From contig CAWJKT010000011.1 of NCBI GenBank assembly GCA_963843375.1, positions 64,001 to 128,000 of the forward strand: a stretch of 64,000 bases of DNA, in the 5' to 3' direction. Under the pieces are notes generated by a model. It was not told where the DNA came from. It did not search any database and worked only from the letters and a program-made list of their open reading frames with translations. Shown one piece after another: positions 51,144 through 60,741 of this stretch. The position numbers were made by a program, and so were the translations under genes. How positions within the stretch are numbered: position 1 is the stretch's first letter; each line of letters opens with the position of its first letter. Source of the stretch: an uncultured Pseudomonadota bacterium (GTDB lineage Bacteria; Oederibacteriota; Muellerivitia; Muellerivitales; Muellerivitaceae).

Positions 51144-51411
51144 ATCCCGTCAAATTTATTAAGAAGCATTATTATTGAAGATAGTTTACCGCTGCTCTTG
51201 CCGCTGGAACAAAATTAATAAATCAAAAAAGGTATATCCTTTAATAAAAGGTAAAAAAGACGAAAAAACAGGAAGAAAAAGGGTTTCACCCCCCTCTGTT
51301 TTTATTAACTCAGTATCCTGTTAAACTGCTTCTGTCATTTGATGTTCTAAGTGTCTTTGTGGTTATGTAGGCCTATTATTGAGAGTTCTCAGTCATCTGC
51401 CGGAGGTTTTG

Positions 51412-52074
51412 GTGGATACTAGCCGCCTGGATGAACGCCATGTGATGGTGAAGGAACAACTGGAAAAGCGGGGTATCCGTAATCCCTGGGTGCTCCAGGC
51501 AATGCTGGATATTCCCCGCCATCTCTTCGTCCCCCTTGACGATCAGGACAAAGCTTACGCGGACGGACCTCTGCCCATTGGTGGAGGCCAGACCATCAGC
51601 CAGCCCTACATCGTTGCTTCCATGATCGAACTTATCGAACCCAAGATTTCCGACAGGGTGTTGGAGATCGGCGTGGGAAGCGGATATTCATCGGTTATCC
51701 TTTCCCGCCTCGTAGCCGAGGTTTATGGGATGGACAGGGACGGCCTCCTGCTGGCCGGGGGGGAAAACCGGTTTAAGGAGATAGGAGTCTCCAATATCCA
51801 TTTGAAAGAGGGGGACGGCACCTTGGGCTGGCCGGAAGAAGCCCCTTTTGACGCCATCCTGGTGACCGCCGCCGCGCCCCTAATTCCCAAGTCCCTGCTT
51901 CGACAATTGAAGATTGGTGGCGTCATGGTGATACCCGTTGGAAAAAGAACGGAGCAGGAGTTGGTTCGGGTAATCAAACGTTCGGAAGACCATTTCCAGG
52001 AAAAAGTCCTTTATGCCGTGAAGTTCGTTCCGCTGATCGGAAAAGAAGGATGGCCAGAAAACTCTAACGGATGA
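51412..52074 (+). CDS. pcm: protein-L-isoaspartate O-methyltransferase
   Basis: PRHLFV, AYADGPLPIGGGQTISQPYIVA, VLEIGVGSGY, GDGTLGWPEEAPFDAILVTAA, FVPLIG. Confidence 0.96.
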   Translation: MDTSRLDERHVMVKEQLEKRGIRNPWVLQAMLDIPRHLFVPLDDQDKAYADGPLPIGGGQTISQPYIVASMIELIEPKISDRVLEIGVGSGYSSVILSRLVAEVYGMDRDGLLLAGGENRFKEIGVSNIHLKEGDGTLGWPEEAPFDAILVTAAAPLIPKSLLRQLKIGGVMVIPVGKRTEQELVRVIKRSEDHFQEKVLYAVKFVPLIGKEGWPENSNG

Positions 52075-54232
52075 GACCAAAAGCCGTGGCGGGCACGACT
52101 TCCCAATTCGACTCACCCGGTTTTTTCCAGACTAAATGAAGGGCCATGGCGTCGCCGCCGTCTTTTTCGAAATCAAGCCGCAACGCATGGGCTTTGATGG
52201 TGAGTCTTATCGGTTTCTCCAACTGGACCGGTTTTCCATCCAGCCATAATTGGCCGCTGTCTGTAGTGAGGACTTGGAATTGGTAATCGCCCGCTTGGTG
52301 AACATTAAGGTTTCCCGACCAACGGATACGGAAGGGTGGAAAATTGGTAAAAGGGAAGTCGTATTTGGAAATGAAGTTCAAAACAGGGTCCGATTGAACC
52401 ACTGCGGGTTTTGAATTCCAATCGGAAGAGTTGATGTAAGCCCCCTTTAAGCCGCGGGTCCAGGGTTTTATTTCGCCTAAATGATTCGGGGAGGCGGTCA
52501 TCGTATAAAACAAAAAATGATTCTTGGGTTGTTCACGGTAGGATATTTCCACACCCGGACAAATGGTTTTTATAAAATCTACGACTCCCGATTTGCCGGC
52601 CTCCAAAAAAATACAAGCCGTTTTATCCTTGGGCAAGTCTCCCCTGGCCCAATCCTGCAGGTTGAATTTCGAGGTGTCTTCCCGCGCGGGATAAGATAAA
52701 AAAGCTACCGTATGATTTTGGAAATAAGAAGAACCGATGAAGAAATGATACTGCTTGGCGTGATATTGGTTCATAACCTGAATATCCCGTCCAATATAGG
52801 TCTGCTCCAAGCCGAAGGCATTTTGGCATTCTTCATTGTTGGCTTGTTCCACGAAATAGGTATAGGTGTTTTGGAAACTGAGGATGCTTAATAGCAGGAA
52901 TAAGATAAACGCCACCAGCCCCGGGCGTTTAAGGGAATTTTGAGCCGCTTGGCGGAAAAAATTCAGGGTGCTTCCGGCGAAAAAAGCGACGAAGGGTGTC
53001 AGAGAGACCAAACGGTTGGAATGGGCGGGGTCGGTGGATAGAAGACCGGTCAGGCTCATCACGCCGAAGCCCACCAATGGATAGAAGAATCCAGGCTCCT
53101 TCCGGTGGCGCCAGGCCAGGGCCAGACCGAGGATGAAAAAGACTGCGGTGACATCGTCTAGCATTCGGTGGCCGGGAATATTATGGCGTGGGTTGGTATC
53201 GCCCGCCCGGTTGAACATGAGGGCGGTTCCCGTCCAGACATCCCACAGAGGTTTTAAGCTGCTTTCCTGGAGAACCTTCGTGCCGATGAATAAGCCCGCT
53301 TCCCGGTGGCCGATTTGGCCCCTTTGCGCCATGAGAACCAAGAGAGGTGAGATGAGCGCCAGTATCAAGATAAAATATAGAAGAAAGGGCTTCAGTGACT
53401 TTTTCTTTTGGCGAAAATACTCATCAATGGCGAAGATGGCCATGAGCAAAGGTACGATCTTGAAAGCCTGATAGGTATAGAAGCCGACTCCCACGAAAAG
53501 AGCGGAGAAAGTGAGAGCCCATTTCTTCTCATTCCGGTGGCCGTAAAACCAAAAGGCGAGGGCTCCAAAGAGGTAGAAAGGAACTTGGATGCTGGGATAA
53601 CCGTTGCGGGGCTCTATCCAATTCCAACGCATTACCGCAAGAATGAAAAGAGAGAGGAGGGCGGTGCCTTGGCCCGCCCATTGGCGGATCATCCAATAAA
53701 TCAGGGGAAAGGCGGCGAGGGAGAGAGTCGTGAAGAAAAGATGGAAGGTGAAATAAGAGGAACCAAGCAGGCCAAACCATCCGGCCATCTGATAGAAAAG
53801 GACGGTTTCAGGAACCTCGTAATCGAAGACTTCCCCGAAAGGCCGCCAACCCTCGTGAAGAATACGAAGGGCGCATTGTCCGATAAGCCCTTGGTCGGTG
53901 TGCATGCCGGCCGGAATGGAATCGATTCGGTAAATCCTGAATCCAAAAGCCAATATCAATATTGAAAGAAAGAGAACCCCTTCCGTCCGTCGGGAAAAGG
54001 ATTTGGTTTCCAAAGGGGCAATGGAGGAGGAATGGTGGAACAACCAAAGGGCTAGAGCGTAAAAGGCCAGGCCTGGAAAAAGGGTCCATGACAGTTGCGA
54101 TTGAGTGAGGAAGAACTGGCCCACTGCCGCCGAAAGAAGGGTGCCGGCCCAGAAGTGGGGAATCCAGCTTTTCGATGAAGTGAATGGGGTCAATGGGTCT
54201 CCAAGGGTTTTCCCGTCATCGCCTTTTATCAT
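52064..54232 (-). CDS. ArnT/PMT-like (GT-C) glycosyltransferase with C-terminal PA14-like domain
   Basis: FRIYRIDSIPAGMHTDQG, GDTNPRHNIPG..MLD, multiple TMs; C-terminal GLKGAY...IRWSG...YQF...DS...LWLDG...LVWKKPG. Confidence 0.82.
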   Translation of the reverse strand: MIKGDDGKTLGDPLTPFTSSKSWIPHFWAGTLLSAAVGQFFLTQSQLSWTLFPGLAFYALALWLFHHSSSIAPLETKSFSRRTEGVLFLSILILAFGFRIYRIDSIPAGMHTDQGLIGQCALRILHEGWRPFGEVFDYEVPETVLFYQMAGWFGLLGSSYFTFHLFFTTLSLAAFPLIYWMIRQWAGQGTALLSLFILAVMRWNWIEPRNGYPSIQVPFYLFGALAFWFYGHRNEKKWALTFSALFVGVGFYTYQAFKIVPLLMAIFAIDEYFRQKKKSLKPFLLYFILILALISPLLVLMAQRGQIGHREAGLFIGTKVLQESSLKPLWDVWTGTALMFNRAGDTNPRHNIPGHRMLDDVTAVFFILGLALAWRHRKEPGFFYPLVGFGVMSLTGLLSTDPAHSNRLVSLTPFVAFFAGSTLNFFRQAAQNSLKRPGLVAFILFLLLSILSFQNTYTYFVEQANNEECQNAFGLEQTYIGRDIQVMNQYHAKQYHFFIGSSYFQNHTVAFLSYPAREDTSKFNLQDWARGDLPKDKTACIFLEAGKSGVVDFIKTICPGVEISYREQPKNHFLFYTMTASPNHLGEIKPWTRGLKGAYINSSDWNSKPAVVQSDPVLNFISKYDFPFTNFPPFRIRWSGNLNVHQAGDYQFQVLTTDSGQLWLDGKPVQLEKPIRLTIKAHALRLDFEKDGGDAMALHLVWKKPGESNWEVVPATAFGLIR

Positions 54233-54329
54233 ACTTCAAAGGTCCGCCGCCGCCCTTCTCATTTCAAAGATGAAGGCTAAATCCCAACCTGCTAGGATAG
54301 GCCGAATTTTACTGATCAAAGGAATCCCA

Positions 54330-54851
54330 TTGAAAACCGCTTCCTGGTTTCTCACCCTGCTTCTGGCGGGGCTTTTGGTTTATGCCTTCGGCCAAGTCCC
54401 CTCCAAACAGGATGCTTCCTCCGCCCTTTCGTCGCATTTGACCTTAAGGTACCAACAGCGGTGCGGGGCCGAAACGGGAATTTCCTCACCCCCGGAGGCG
54501 GTGCTTGCCGATTACCGGAGTTTTGATCTTTTGGCGGTGGCGGTTCTTTTTTCTTCGGTGGCCCTGGTTATCCTGCTTTTTTTCTCACGTCCCCCTTCCC
54601 TTGGAGTCCTTTCTTCAACTTATCTTTGGCTGGGCCTAGGCGGCGCGATAATTTTGGGTCTTGGTTTTTTAAGCCTGAAAGTCGGAAGCAATTTTCTTGA
54701 TTATGAGGCTCTGGCCGCTTGGGCCCCACCCGCCCAGGCCCGGGTAGAAGGGGCCGTGATCCTTTTGGTGGGTGCTTTGATTTCATTAAGCGGGCTTTTG
54801 GCCATAACCCTTCGATGGAGCCGATCGCCGGAAGGTTCCAATGGACGTTAA
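54330..54851 (+). CDS. degenerate MnhB/MbhE-like Mrp antiporter subunit
   Basis: ETG....AVLADYRSFD and G.NFLDY motifs; probable TTG start at 54330. Confidence 0.65.
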   Translation: MKTASWFLTLLLAGLLVYAFGQVPSKQDASSALSSHLTLRYQQRCGAETGISSPPEAVLADYRSFDLLAVAVLFSSVALVILLFFSRPPSLGVLSSTYLWLGLGGAIILGLGFLSLKVGSNFLDYEALAAWAPPAQARVEGAVILLVGALISLSGLLAITLRWSRSPEGSNGR

Positions 54852-55152
54852 CATTGGAAACCTAGTTCACTTTGGCTTTTCCCTGGCGTTTTGCCTTATT
54901 GGTTTTCATGGAGTTTTCTTTTACTCGAACCTTTGGCTCAAAATGACGGGATGGTGCCTGTTCCAATTGGGTTTAATGTTGTTTCTCGCGGCACTGGCGC
55001 CACCGGCAAGCCCCTTGCCTTATGTTCTTATTCTTTTGATGCTGGTTTGTACTTTCGCGGTGGGGATCCTTCTTTCCGTTTTTTGCTTAAAAATAGGTAA
55101 GCAGTATAAAACGCCCGGGGGCGGGGAAACCGCCAAGCGGGGTTCCAAGTGA
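54841..55152 (+). CDS. degenerate MnhC/NuoK-like subunit
   Basis: Three TMs; SNLWLK, LFQ, SPLPYVLIL. Confidence 0.7.
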   Translation: MDVNIGNLVHFGFSLAFCLIGFHGVFFYSNLWLKMTGWCLFQLGLMLFLAALAPPASPLPYVLILLMLVCTFAVGILLSVFCLKIGKQYKTPGGGETAKRGSK

Positions 55153-56663
55153 ATGAACATTTGCCCATTTTGATGTCCCTCTTTCCCCTTTTGGGATCCT
55201 GGCTGGCCTTGGGTTTTGGCATTTTTTCTTACCGACTTTCCCGCTGGACGATCTTTGGGACCCTTTTGCTGACTTTGCTTTTTGTCATCTTGTCTTTTCC
55301 AAAACTTTTTTCGGAGGGGTTTTGGGGTTATTCCCTCGGGGGCTGGGCGCCTCCCTGGGGGATTGAACTTTGGATCACGCCCTTCTCGGCTTTTTTGGCA
55401 TGCTTTATCCTTTTGTGTGCCTTGATCGTTTTTTTCATCTTAGGTTCCTTCGGGTTGATGGGAGGACTTTTGAAATCCCGGGAAAGCCTGGGAGGGTCCT
55501 TGTTGTTGGTTTTGGTTTCGGCCCTTTTAACTCAGCTTTGGGTCAGGGATGGTTTTACCCTTTACCTTTTCCTGGAAATTTCCCTGGTGGCCGCCGCGGG
55601 TCTTTTGGTCTGTGTGACCCGACAGGGCTGGTTGGACGGATTTTATCTTTTGCTGGGGGGAAGTTTGGGGGCCTCTTTTCTCTTGGCGGGTTTTCTTCTT
55701 CTTTATTCGGCAACGGGAACACTCCATCTGGACGATCTTTTAGCCCAGCTTTTCATCACAAAAAATTTTTCCATTGCCCTGACCGCTGGTTTTTTTCTGG
55801 TCTGCGCATGGGCCTTTCACTTTTCATTTCCGACGCCTTTTTATTTCAGCCGCCTGCTGGACCAGACGCCTCCTTTCCTATTGGGTTTTTTCTCCTCGAT
55901 CTTGGTGCGCACCTCGGTTTATCTTTTATTCCTTATTCTTTTCTTCGTGCTGAACGTTCCTGGTCTGGATCCCCCCGCTTGGCTCACGGGTTTGGAATAT
56001 CCTCTGGCCCTCTTTTTTCTGGTCTATTTTGTGGTCGCTGCCCGGCAGAAGGATTTCCTCCATTCGGTGGCCTTTCTCAGCGTGGCGCAGTTGGCTTTTC
56101 CCTTGATGGGCTTCATCACCGGAAACAAAAGCGCCCTCACGGGGTCCTTGATGGAAATTCTCAGCCAAATTCTGGTCGTGATGGGACTATTCACGGCGGT
56201 GGGAATCCTGAGCCTGAAACCCACTGGGGCTCATCCCTTTGCCAAACTGGCCGGCCTGGGACGCTATGATTTCAGCCCGGCCCTCTGCCTAGTGGTTTTT
56301 GCCTTTTCCATCGTGGGGGTGCCGCCCACAGCGGGCTCATTTGGGAAGTTCTATCTGCTTCAAGGCCTTTTCGAAAAACGGGACTGGTTCCTGATCGTCC
56401 CCTTAGGCGTGGCCCTTCTTTTCAACCTCTGGACTTCGGCGCGGTTCCTTTGGCTTTTGTTCGAGCATCGCAAGGCGGCATCCTTTCACGCCCCGTTATC
56501 CTTCGGTTCCAAAGCCCCCTTATTTCTTTTGGCCCTGGCAGTTCTTTTGTTAGGAATATTTCACCAAGAAATTGTCCATTATTTTATTGAACCCGCCCTG
56601 CCCAAGGCCTATCAAAACATCCCCTTGCCCAACGTGCCCTTCTTGGGCCACGAAGTGGAATAA
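55149..56663 (+). CDS. MnhD/NuoN-like proton-conducting membrane subunit (divergent)
   Basis: LGGWAPPWGIEL, DGFTLYLFLEI, ATGTL, SIVGVPPTAGSFGKFYL. Confidence 0.85.
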   Translation: MNEHLPILMSLFPLLGSWLALGFGIFSYRLSRWTIFGTLLLTLLFVILSFPKLFSEGFWGYSLGGWAPPWGIELWITPFSAFLACFILLCALIVFFILGSFGLMGGLLKSRESLGGSLLLVLVSALLTQLWVRDGFTLYLFLEISLVAAAGLLVCVTRQGWLDGFYLLLGGSLGASFLLAGFLLLYSATGTLHLDDLLAQLFITKNFSIALTAGFFLVCAWAFHFSFPTPFYFSRLLDQTPPFLLGFFSSILVRTSVYLLFLILFFVLNVPGLDPPAWLTGLEYPLALFFLVYFVVAARQKDFLHSVAFLSVAQLAFPLMGFITGNKSALTGSLMEILSQILVVMGLFTAVGILSLKPTGAHPFAKLAGLGRYDFSPALCLVVFAFSIVGVPPTAGSFGKFYLLQGLFEKRDWFLIVPLGVALLFNLWTSARFLWLLFEHRKAASFHAPLSFGSKAPLFLLALAVLLLGIFHQEIVHYFIEPALPKAYQNIPLPNVPFLGHEVE

Positions 56664-56732
56664 AAATCACTTTTCTCTTTTCAAATCCTGAAAATAAAGA
56701 GACACTGATCTTATTCCAAGTTTGGTGGTATT

Positions 56733-57077
56733 ATGAATCGTCTTGTCGAAAAACGTCAGTACGACCGGATGCCTTTCCAGAAACCCATTGAGATTTATCC
56801 GGTATTTCCCTCCTACCTGGTAGATTCCGACGAAACCGTTCTTTCGGGTCTGTCCCAGGACATCAGCGGCGGAGGTCTTTGTTTGAAAACATCCAAACCC
56901 CTGCGAGTTGGATCCTACTTGAAATTGCGCTTCGATATGAGCCGAGACCAGATCGTGGAATCATTCGGGAAGATTGTCTGGGCCCGGGAGGCCTTTTGCG
57001 GGTTCCGGTTTTTTCCGACTTCGGAGATGATTGAGGGCAATCTCCAGAATTTCCTAGACGGTTCACAAGCGGAATAA
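56733..57077 (+). CDS. stand-alone PilZ domain (c-di-GMP receptor)
   Basis: RQYDR (RxxxR) and DISGGG (DxSxxG), GKIVW. Confidence 0.88.
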   Translation: MNRLVEKRQYDRMPFQKPIEIYPVFPSYLVDSDETVLSGLSQDISGGGLCLKTSKPLRVGSYLKLRFDMSRDQIVESFGKIVWAREAFCGFRFFPTSEMIEGNLQNFLDGSQAE

Positions 57078-57128
57078 ATTCGCGTTTTTTACCCATCACC
57101 CTTATGAATCATGAATGAAGGGCTCAAT

Positions 57129-57164
57129 AAAAAAAGCCGAACAGGCATCCTGTCCGGCTTTTTT
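57129..57164. terminator. bidirectional rho-independent terminator
   Basis: AAAAAAAGCCGAACAGG-CAT-CCTGTCCGGCTTTTTT between convergent genes. Confidence 0.85.
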
Positions 57165-57187
57165 GTTTTTCGCCCAAAAAGATTCGA

Positions 57188-57430
57188 TCAGAGAGTCTTA
57201 TGGGTGCCGTCGCAATAGGGCTTGTTCTTCGAATGCTTACATTGGCACAGGAAGGCTGTCTTGGATTCCTCGGCCTTGAAAATCAGCGGAACGAAGGGAG
57301 GATGGGCTTGGTGGGAGCCGTCACAAAAGGGTTGGCTCTTGGAATGCCCGCAGGCGCACCAGGCGTAGGTTTTACCTGATTCCAGTTCGACTTTGGCTGG
57401 GGCTTTTGCGGCGATATTGGGTTCGGACAT
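57188..57430 (-). CDS. tandem CDGSH iron-sulfur domain protein
   Basis: WCACGHSKSQPFCDGSH and LCQCKHSKNKPYCDGTH. Confidence 0.96.
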   Translation of the reverse strand: MSEPNIAAKAPAKVELESGKTYAWCACGHSKSQPFCDGSHQAHPPFVPLIFKAEESKTAFLCQCKHSKNKPYCDGTHKTL

Positions 57431-57600
57431 GTTTTCAATCTCCTTGAAATCGTTGATTTGGAACTAATTCATGTTAGCCGGGAATTCGACAAAAATATAT
57501 CCTCTCGATCACGCAAAAGTAACTTTAACCTATGAAAAAACACTCTCAAAACCTTTATGATGGGTGGGTCAATAGTCTGAAATTTCCTTCAAGAGGCGCC

Positions 57601-58743
57601 ATGAAAGCCATCGCTGTTTTTCCAGCTCAAAAGCAAGTGCAATTGATAGACGCCACGGTTCCTCCCCTGCAAAATTCAACCGAGGTGAAACTTAAAATGC
57701 TCGATATCGGCGTTTGCGGGACCGACAAGGAAATCTGTTCCTTTGAATATGGCACGCCCCCTGTGGGGTCCGATTATTTGATCCTAGGCCACGAATCGCT
57801 GGGACGTGTGATGGAAGTGGGGTCCGACGTGAAGAGCCTGAAAGAGGGCGACTTGGTCGTCACCATCGTGCGGCGGCCCTGCGGAAACCCCAACTGTATC
57901 CCTTGCCGCGTCGGCCGCCAGGATTTTTGCACCACCGGCGGTTTCAAGGAAAGGGGCATCAGCGGCTTACATGGTTTTATGACCGAAATGGTGGTGGATG
58001 ATGAAAAATACATGAATCCCGTTCCGGTGGAATTGCGGGATGTCGGGGTGCTCACCGAGCCACTAACCATCGCGGAAAAATCCCTCTTCCAGGTTTGGGA
58101 CATCCAAGCCCGGTTGCCCTGGGCCTGCCGCCACGACCAGCATCCGCACCGCCAAGGCGAGAAAATACCACCCTCCGAAATAGGATATCCGCATAACGCC
58201 GTCGTTTTGGGGGCCGGGCCGGTCGGGCTTTTAGGCGCCATGCTTCTTTGTTCTTACGGGTTTAAGACTTTCGTTTATTCCAAGGAACCGGCGGAATCCC
58301 CGAAGGCCCAACTGACTCGGGAAATTGGCGCCACTTATATTTCTGGGTCCACCACCAACCTGGAACAGTTAGCGGTCCAGGTCGGTAACGTGGATTTGGT
58401 TTACGAAGCCACGGGCGCCTCCCGGCTGTCCTTCGAGATGATGAAATACCTGGGGACCAACGGTGTTTTCGTTTTTACCGGTGTGCCGGGCCGGAAAGCC
58501 CCCATTGAGGTAGACACGGATTTATTGATGCGCGACCTAGTTTTGAAAAACCAGGTGGTTTTCGGGTCGGTGAACGCGGGCAAGAACGCCTATGTCAAAG
58601 CCATTGAGGATTTGGCGGTTTTCAAGAAACGCTGGCCTCATGCTATCCAAGCGCTGATCACGGGTCGGTTCGCGCCGGATAAGCACAAGAACTTGCTATT
58701 GGGCGATCCGGGCGGTATCAAAAACATAATTACGTTCGAATAA
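57601..58743 (+). CDS. Zn-dependent glucose 1-dehydrogenase (MDR family)
   Basis: GVCGTDKE, LGHESLG, VRRPC, ERGI, EPL, VLGAGPVG, GSVNA. Confidence 0.9.
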   Translation: MKAIAVFPAQKQVQLIDATVPPLQNSTEVKLKMLDIGVCGTDKEICSFEYGTPPVGSDYLILGHESLGRVMEVGSDVKSLKEGDLVVTIVRRPCGNPNCIPCRVGRQDFCTTGGFKERGISGLHGFMTEMVVDDEKYMNPVPVELRDVGVLTEPLTIAEKSLFQVWDIQARLPWACRHDQHPHRQGEKIPPSEIGYPHNAVVLGAGPVGLLGAMLLCSYGFKTFVYSKEPAESPKAQLTREIGATYISGSTTNLEQLAVQVGNVDLVYEATGASRLSFEMMKYLGTNGVFVFTGVPGRKAPIEVDTDLLMRDLVLKNQVVFGSVNAGKNAYVKAIEDLAVFKKRWPHAIQALITGRFAPDKHKNLLLGDPGGIKNIITFE

Positions 58744-58760
58744 AATCAACAGGAAATCAA

Positions 58761-60695
58761 ATGTCCCTACCCCTTAATCGAGAAACCGAATGGTTGGAAA
58801 CGGATGGCCTGGGAGGTTTCGCTTCCGGAACAACTATCGGCATCCGAACCCGGCGGTACCACGCCATGCTTTTATCCGCTGTTACGCCTCCCACCGGACG
58901 CATGGCTCTGGTCAAAAGTTTGGACGCTTGGGTCGAAATCGACGACAGCCTTTTTCACCTATCTTCCCACATGTATTTCCCAGGTGTTATCACGCCAAAC
59001 GGGTCCGAATCCATCGAGTCATTTCAAACCGACCCTTGGCCAAAGTGGGTTTACCGGCTTCCCCGAGGTATGACGATGGAAAGGGAAATTTTCATGCCTC
59101 ATGGGGTTCCGGCGGTAGTGATTTCCTGGAAGCTTCTAAACGCCAAGGAACCGGTGAGGCTTTCGGTGAGGCCTCTTCTTTCCTTCGTGGATTATCATTC
59201 ACTCCAGCACGAGAACAAAGAATTCCAATTTGACGCGGACATTTTCGAGAAATCCGTTTATTGGAAACCCTATCCCCAAGCGCCTTTACTGACGGCTCTG
59301 CACAACGGCCATTACCACCACCAGCCCGACTGGTATCGTCAGTTCCTTTATGAGCAGGAGCAACAAAGGGGGCTGGACGCAGTAGAAGATTTAGCCACGC
59401 CGGGACTTTTTCAATGGAATTTCACCAAGACCCGGGCCTTGCTTATTTTTCAGGCAGGGGGAGAGAAGCCGAGTTCTTTACAGGAGTTGCAAAGGGTAGA
59501 AGAGGTTTTCGATCGTTATCGAACCCAGGAAGAGGATCGTCGTAAGTCTTTTGCCACCCCCCTGGCCCGCTCCGCCGACCAATATTTCGCAAAAAGGGGA
59601 GAGGGCGAAACGATTATTGCGGGTTATCCCTGGTTTACGGATTGGGGCCGAGATACCTTCGTTTCCATCCGGGGCTTGGGACTGGCCATGGGTCGGTTGG
59701 AGGAAACCCGGAAAATTCTTCTGGAATGGGCCAAAGCCATTTCTCAAGGCATGGTTCCAAACCGGTTCCCCGATTCGGGAGAGATTCCGGAGTACCACTC
59801 GGTGGACGCGTCCCTCTGGTACGTGATCGCCGTTTACGATTATTTGAAAGCTGCCAGGGAAGGGAATATTTCCAAAAAGGATTGGAGCGAGTTCCAGGCG
59901 CCCGTCGAGAAAATTCTGCACGGTTACTTCCACGGCACCCGTTGGGGGATTAAGGCGGACGATGACGGCCTGCTCTGGGCGGGTGAAGGGGATGATTCCC
60001 TGACTTGGATGGACGCTCGAGTCAACAACAAAGCGGTCACACCCCGGGTGGGTAAACCTGTGGAGGTGGAAGCCCTTTGGATCAACGCCCTTTGGATCGG
60101 GGGACATTTTTCCGTTCAATGGGAAGAGTTATTCAAGAAAGCCTTGGTCTCCTTCCAGAACCGGTTTTGGAAAGGTGCTGGTCGTTATTTGTACGATGTG
60201 GTGGACGTGAAACGGCAGGCGGGCACCGGGGACTCCTCTTTCCGGCCTAACCAAATTTTCGCGGTGGGAGGATTACCCTTGACCCTCCTGGACGATGAAA
60301 AATCAAAACTCGTTGTTCAAGCGGTCGAATCGAAACTACTGACACCCTTGGGTTTGCGGTCGCTGGCCATTGGCGAGCCGGGATTCCGCCGGCACTACCA
60401 GGGCGGTATCTTGGAAAGAGACAGCGCCTATCATCAGGGTACGGTTTGGCCCTGGCTGATGGGACCTTTTGTGGAAGCTTGGGTAAGGGTGCGAGGAAAC
60501 ACATCCCAAGCCAAAGAAGAAGCCCGCGAAAAATTTTTGAAGCCCCTGTTGGAACATTTAAATAAAGCCGGGCTGGGACACCTGCCGGAAATCGCCGATG
60601 GAGAAGACCCTTTTACTTCTAGAGGCTGTCCCTTCCAAGCCTGGTCCCTAGGCGAAGCCATCCGTCTGGACAAAGTAGTTCTTGAGGACAAATGA
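58761..60695 (+). CDS. amylo-alpha-1,6-glucosidase (archaeal-type glycogen debranching enzyme)
   Basis: EWLETDGLGGFASG, IAGYPWFTDWGRD, TWMDA, RPNQ, YHQGTVWPW, GCPFQAWS. Confidence 0.94.
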   Translation: MSLPLNRETEWLETDGLGGFASGTTIGIRTRRYHAMLLSAVTPPTGRMALVKSLDAWVEIDDSLFHLSSHMYFPGVITPNGSESIESFQTDPWPKWVYRLPRGMTMEREIFMPHGVPAVVISWKLLNAKEPVRLSVRPLLSFVDYHSLQHENKEFQFDADIFEKSVYWKPYPQAPLLTALHNGHYHHQPDWYRQFLYEQEQQRGLDAVEDLATPGLFQWNFTKTRALLIFQAGGEKPSSLQELQRVEEVFDRYRTQEEDRRKSFATPLARSADQYFAKRGEGETIIAGYPWFTDWGRDTFVSIRGLGLAMGRLEETRKILLEWAKAISQGMVPNRFPDSGEIPEYHSVDASLWYVIAVYDYLKAAREGNISKKDWSEFQAPVEKILHGYFHGTRWGIKADDDGLLWAGEGDDSLTWMDARVNNKAVTPRVGKPVEVEALWINALWIGGHFSVQWEELFKKALVSFQNRFWKGAGRYLYDVVDVKRQAGTGDSSFRPNQIFAVGGLPLTLLDDEKSKLVVQAVESKLLTPLGLRSLAIGEPGFRRHYQGGILERDSAYHQGTVWPWLMGPFVEAWVRVRGNTSQAKEEAREKFLKPLLEHLNKAGLGHLPEIADGEDPFTSRGCPFQAWSLGEAIRLDKVVLEDK

Positions 60696-60741
60696 GTCTT
60701 TAAAACAAATCATTAGAATCACTCAGAACCAGGCGTTTTTG

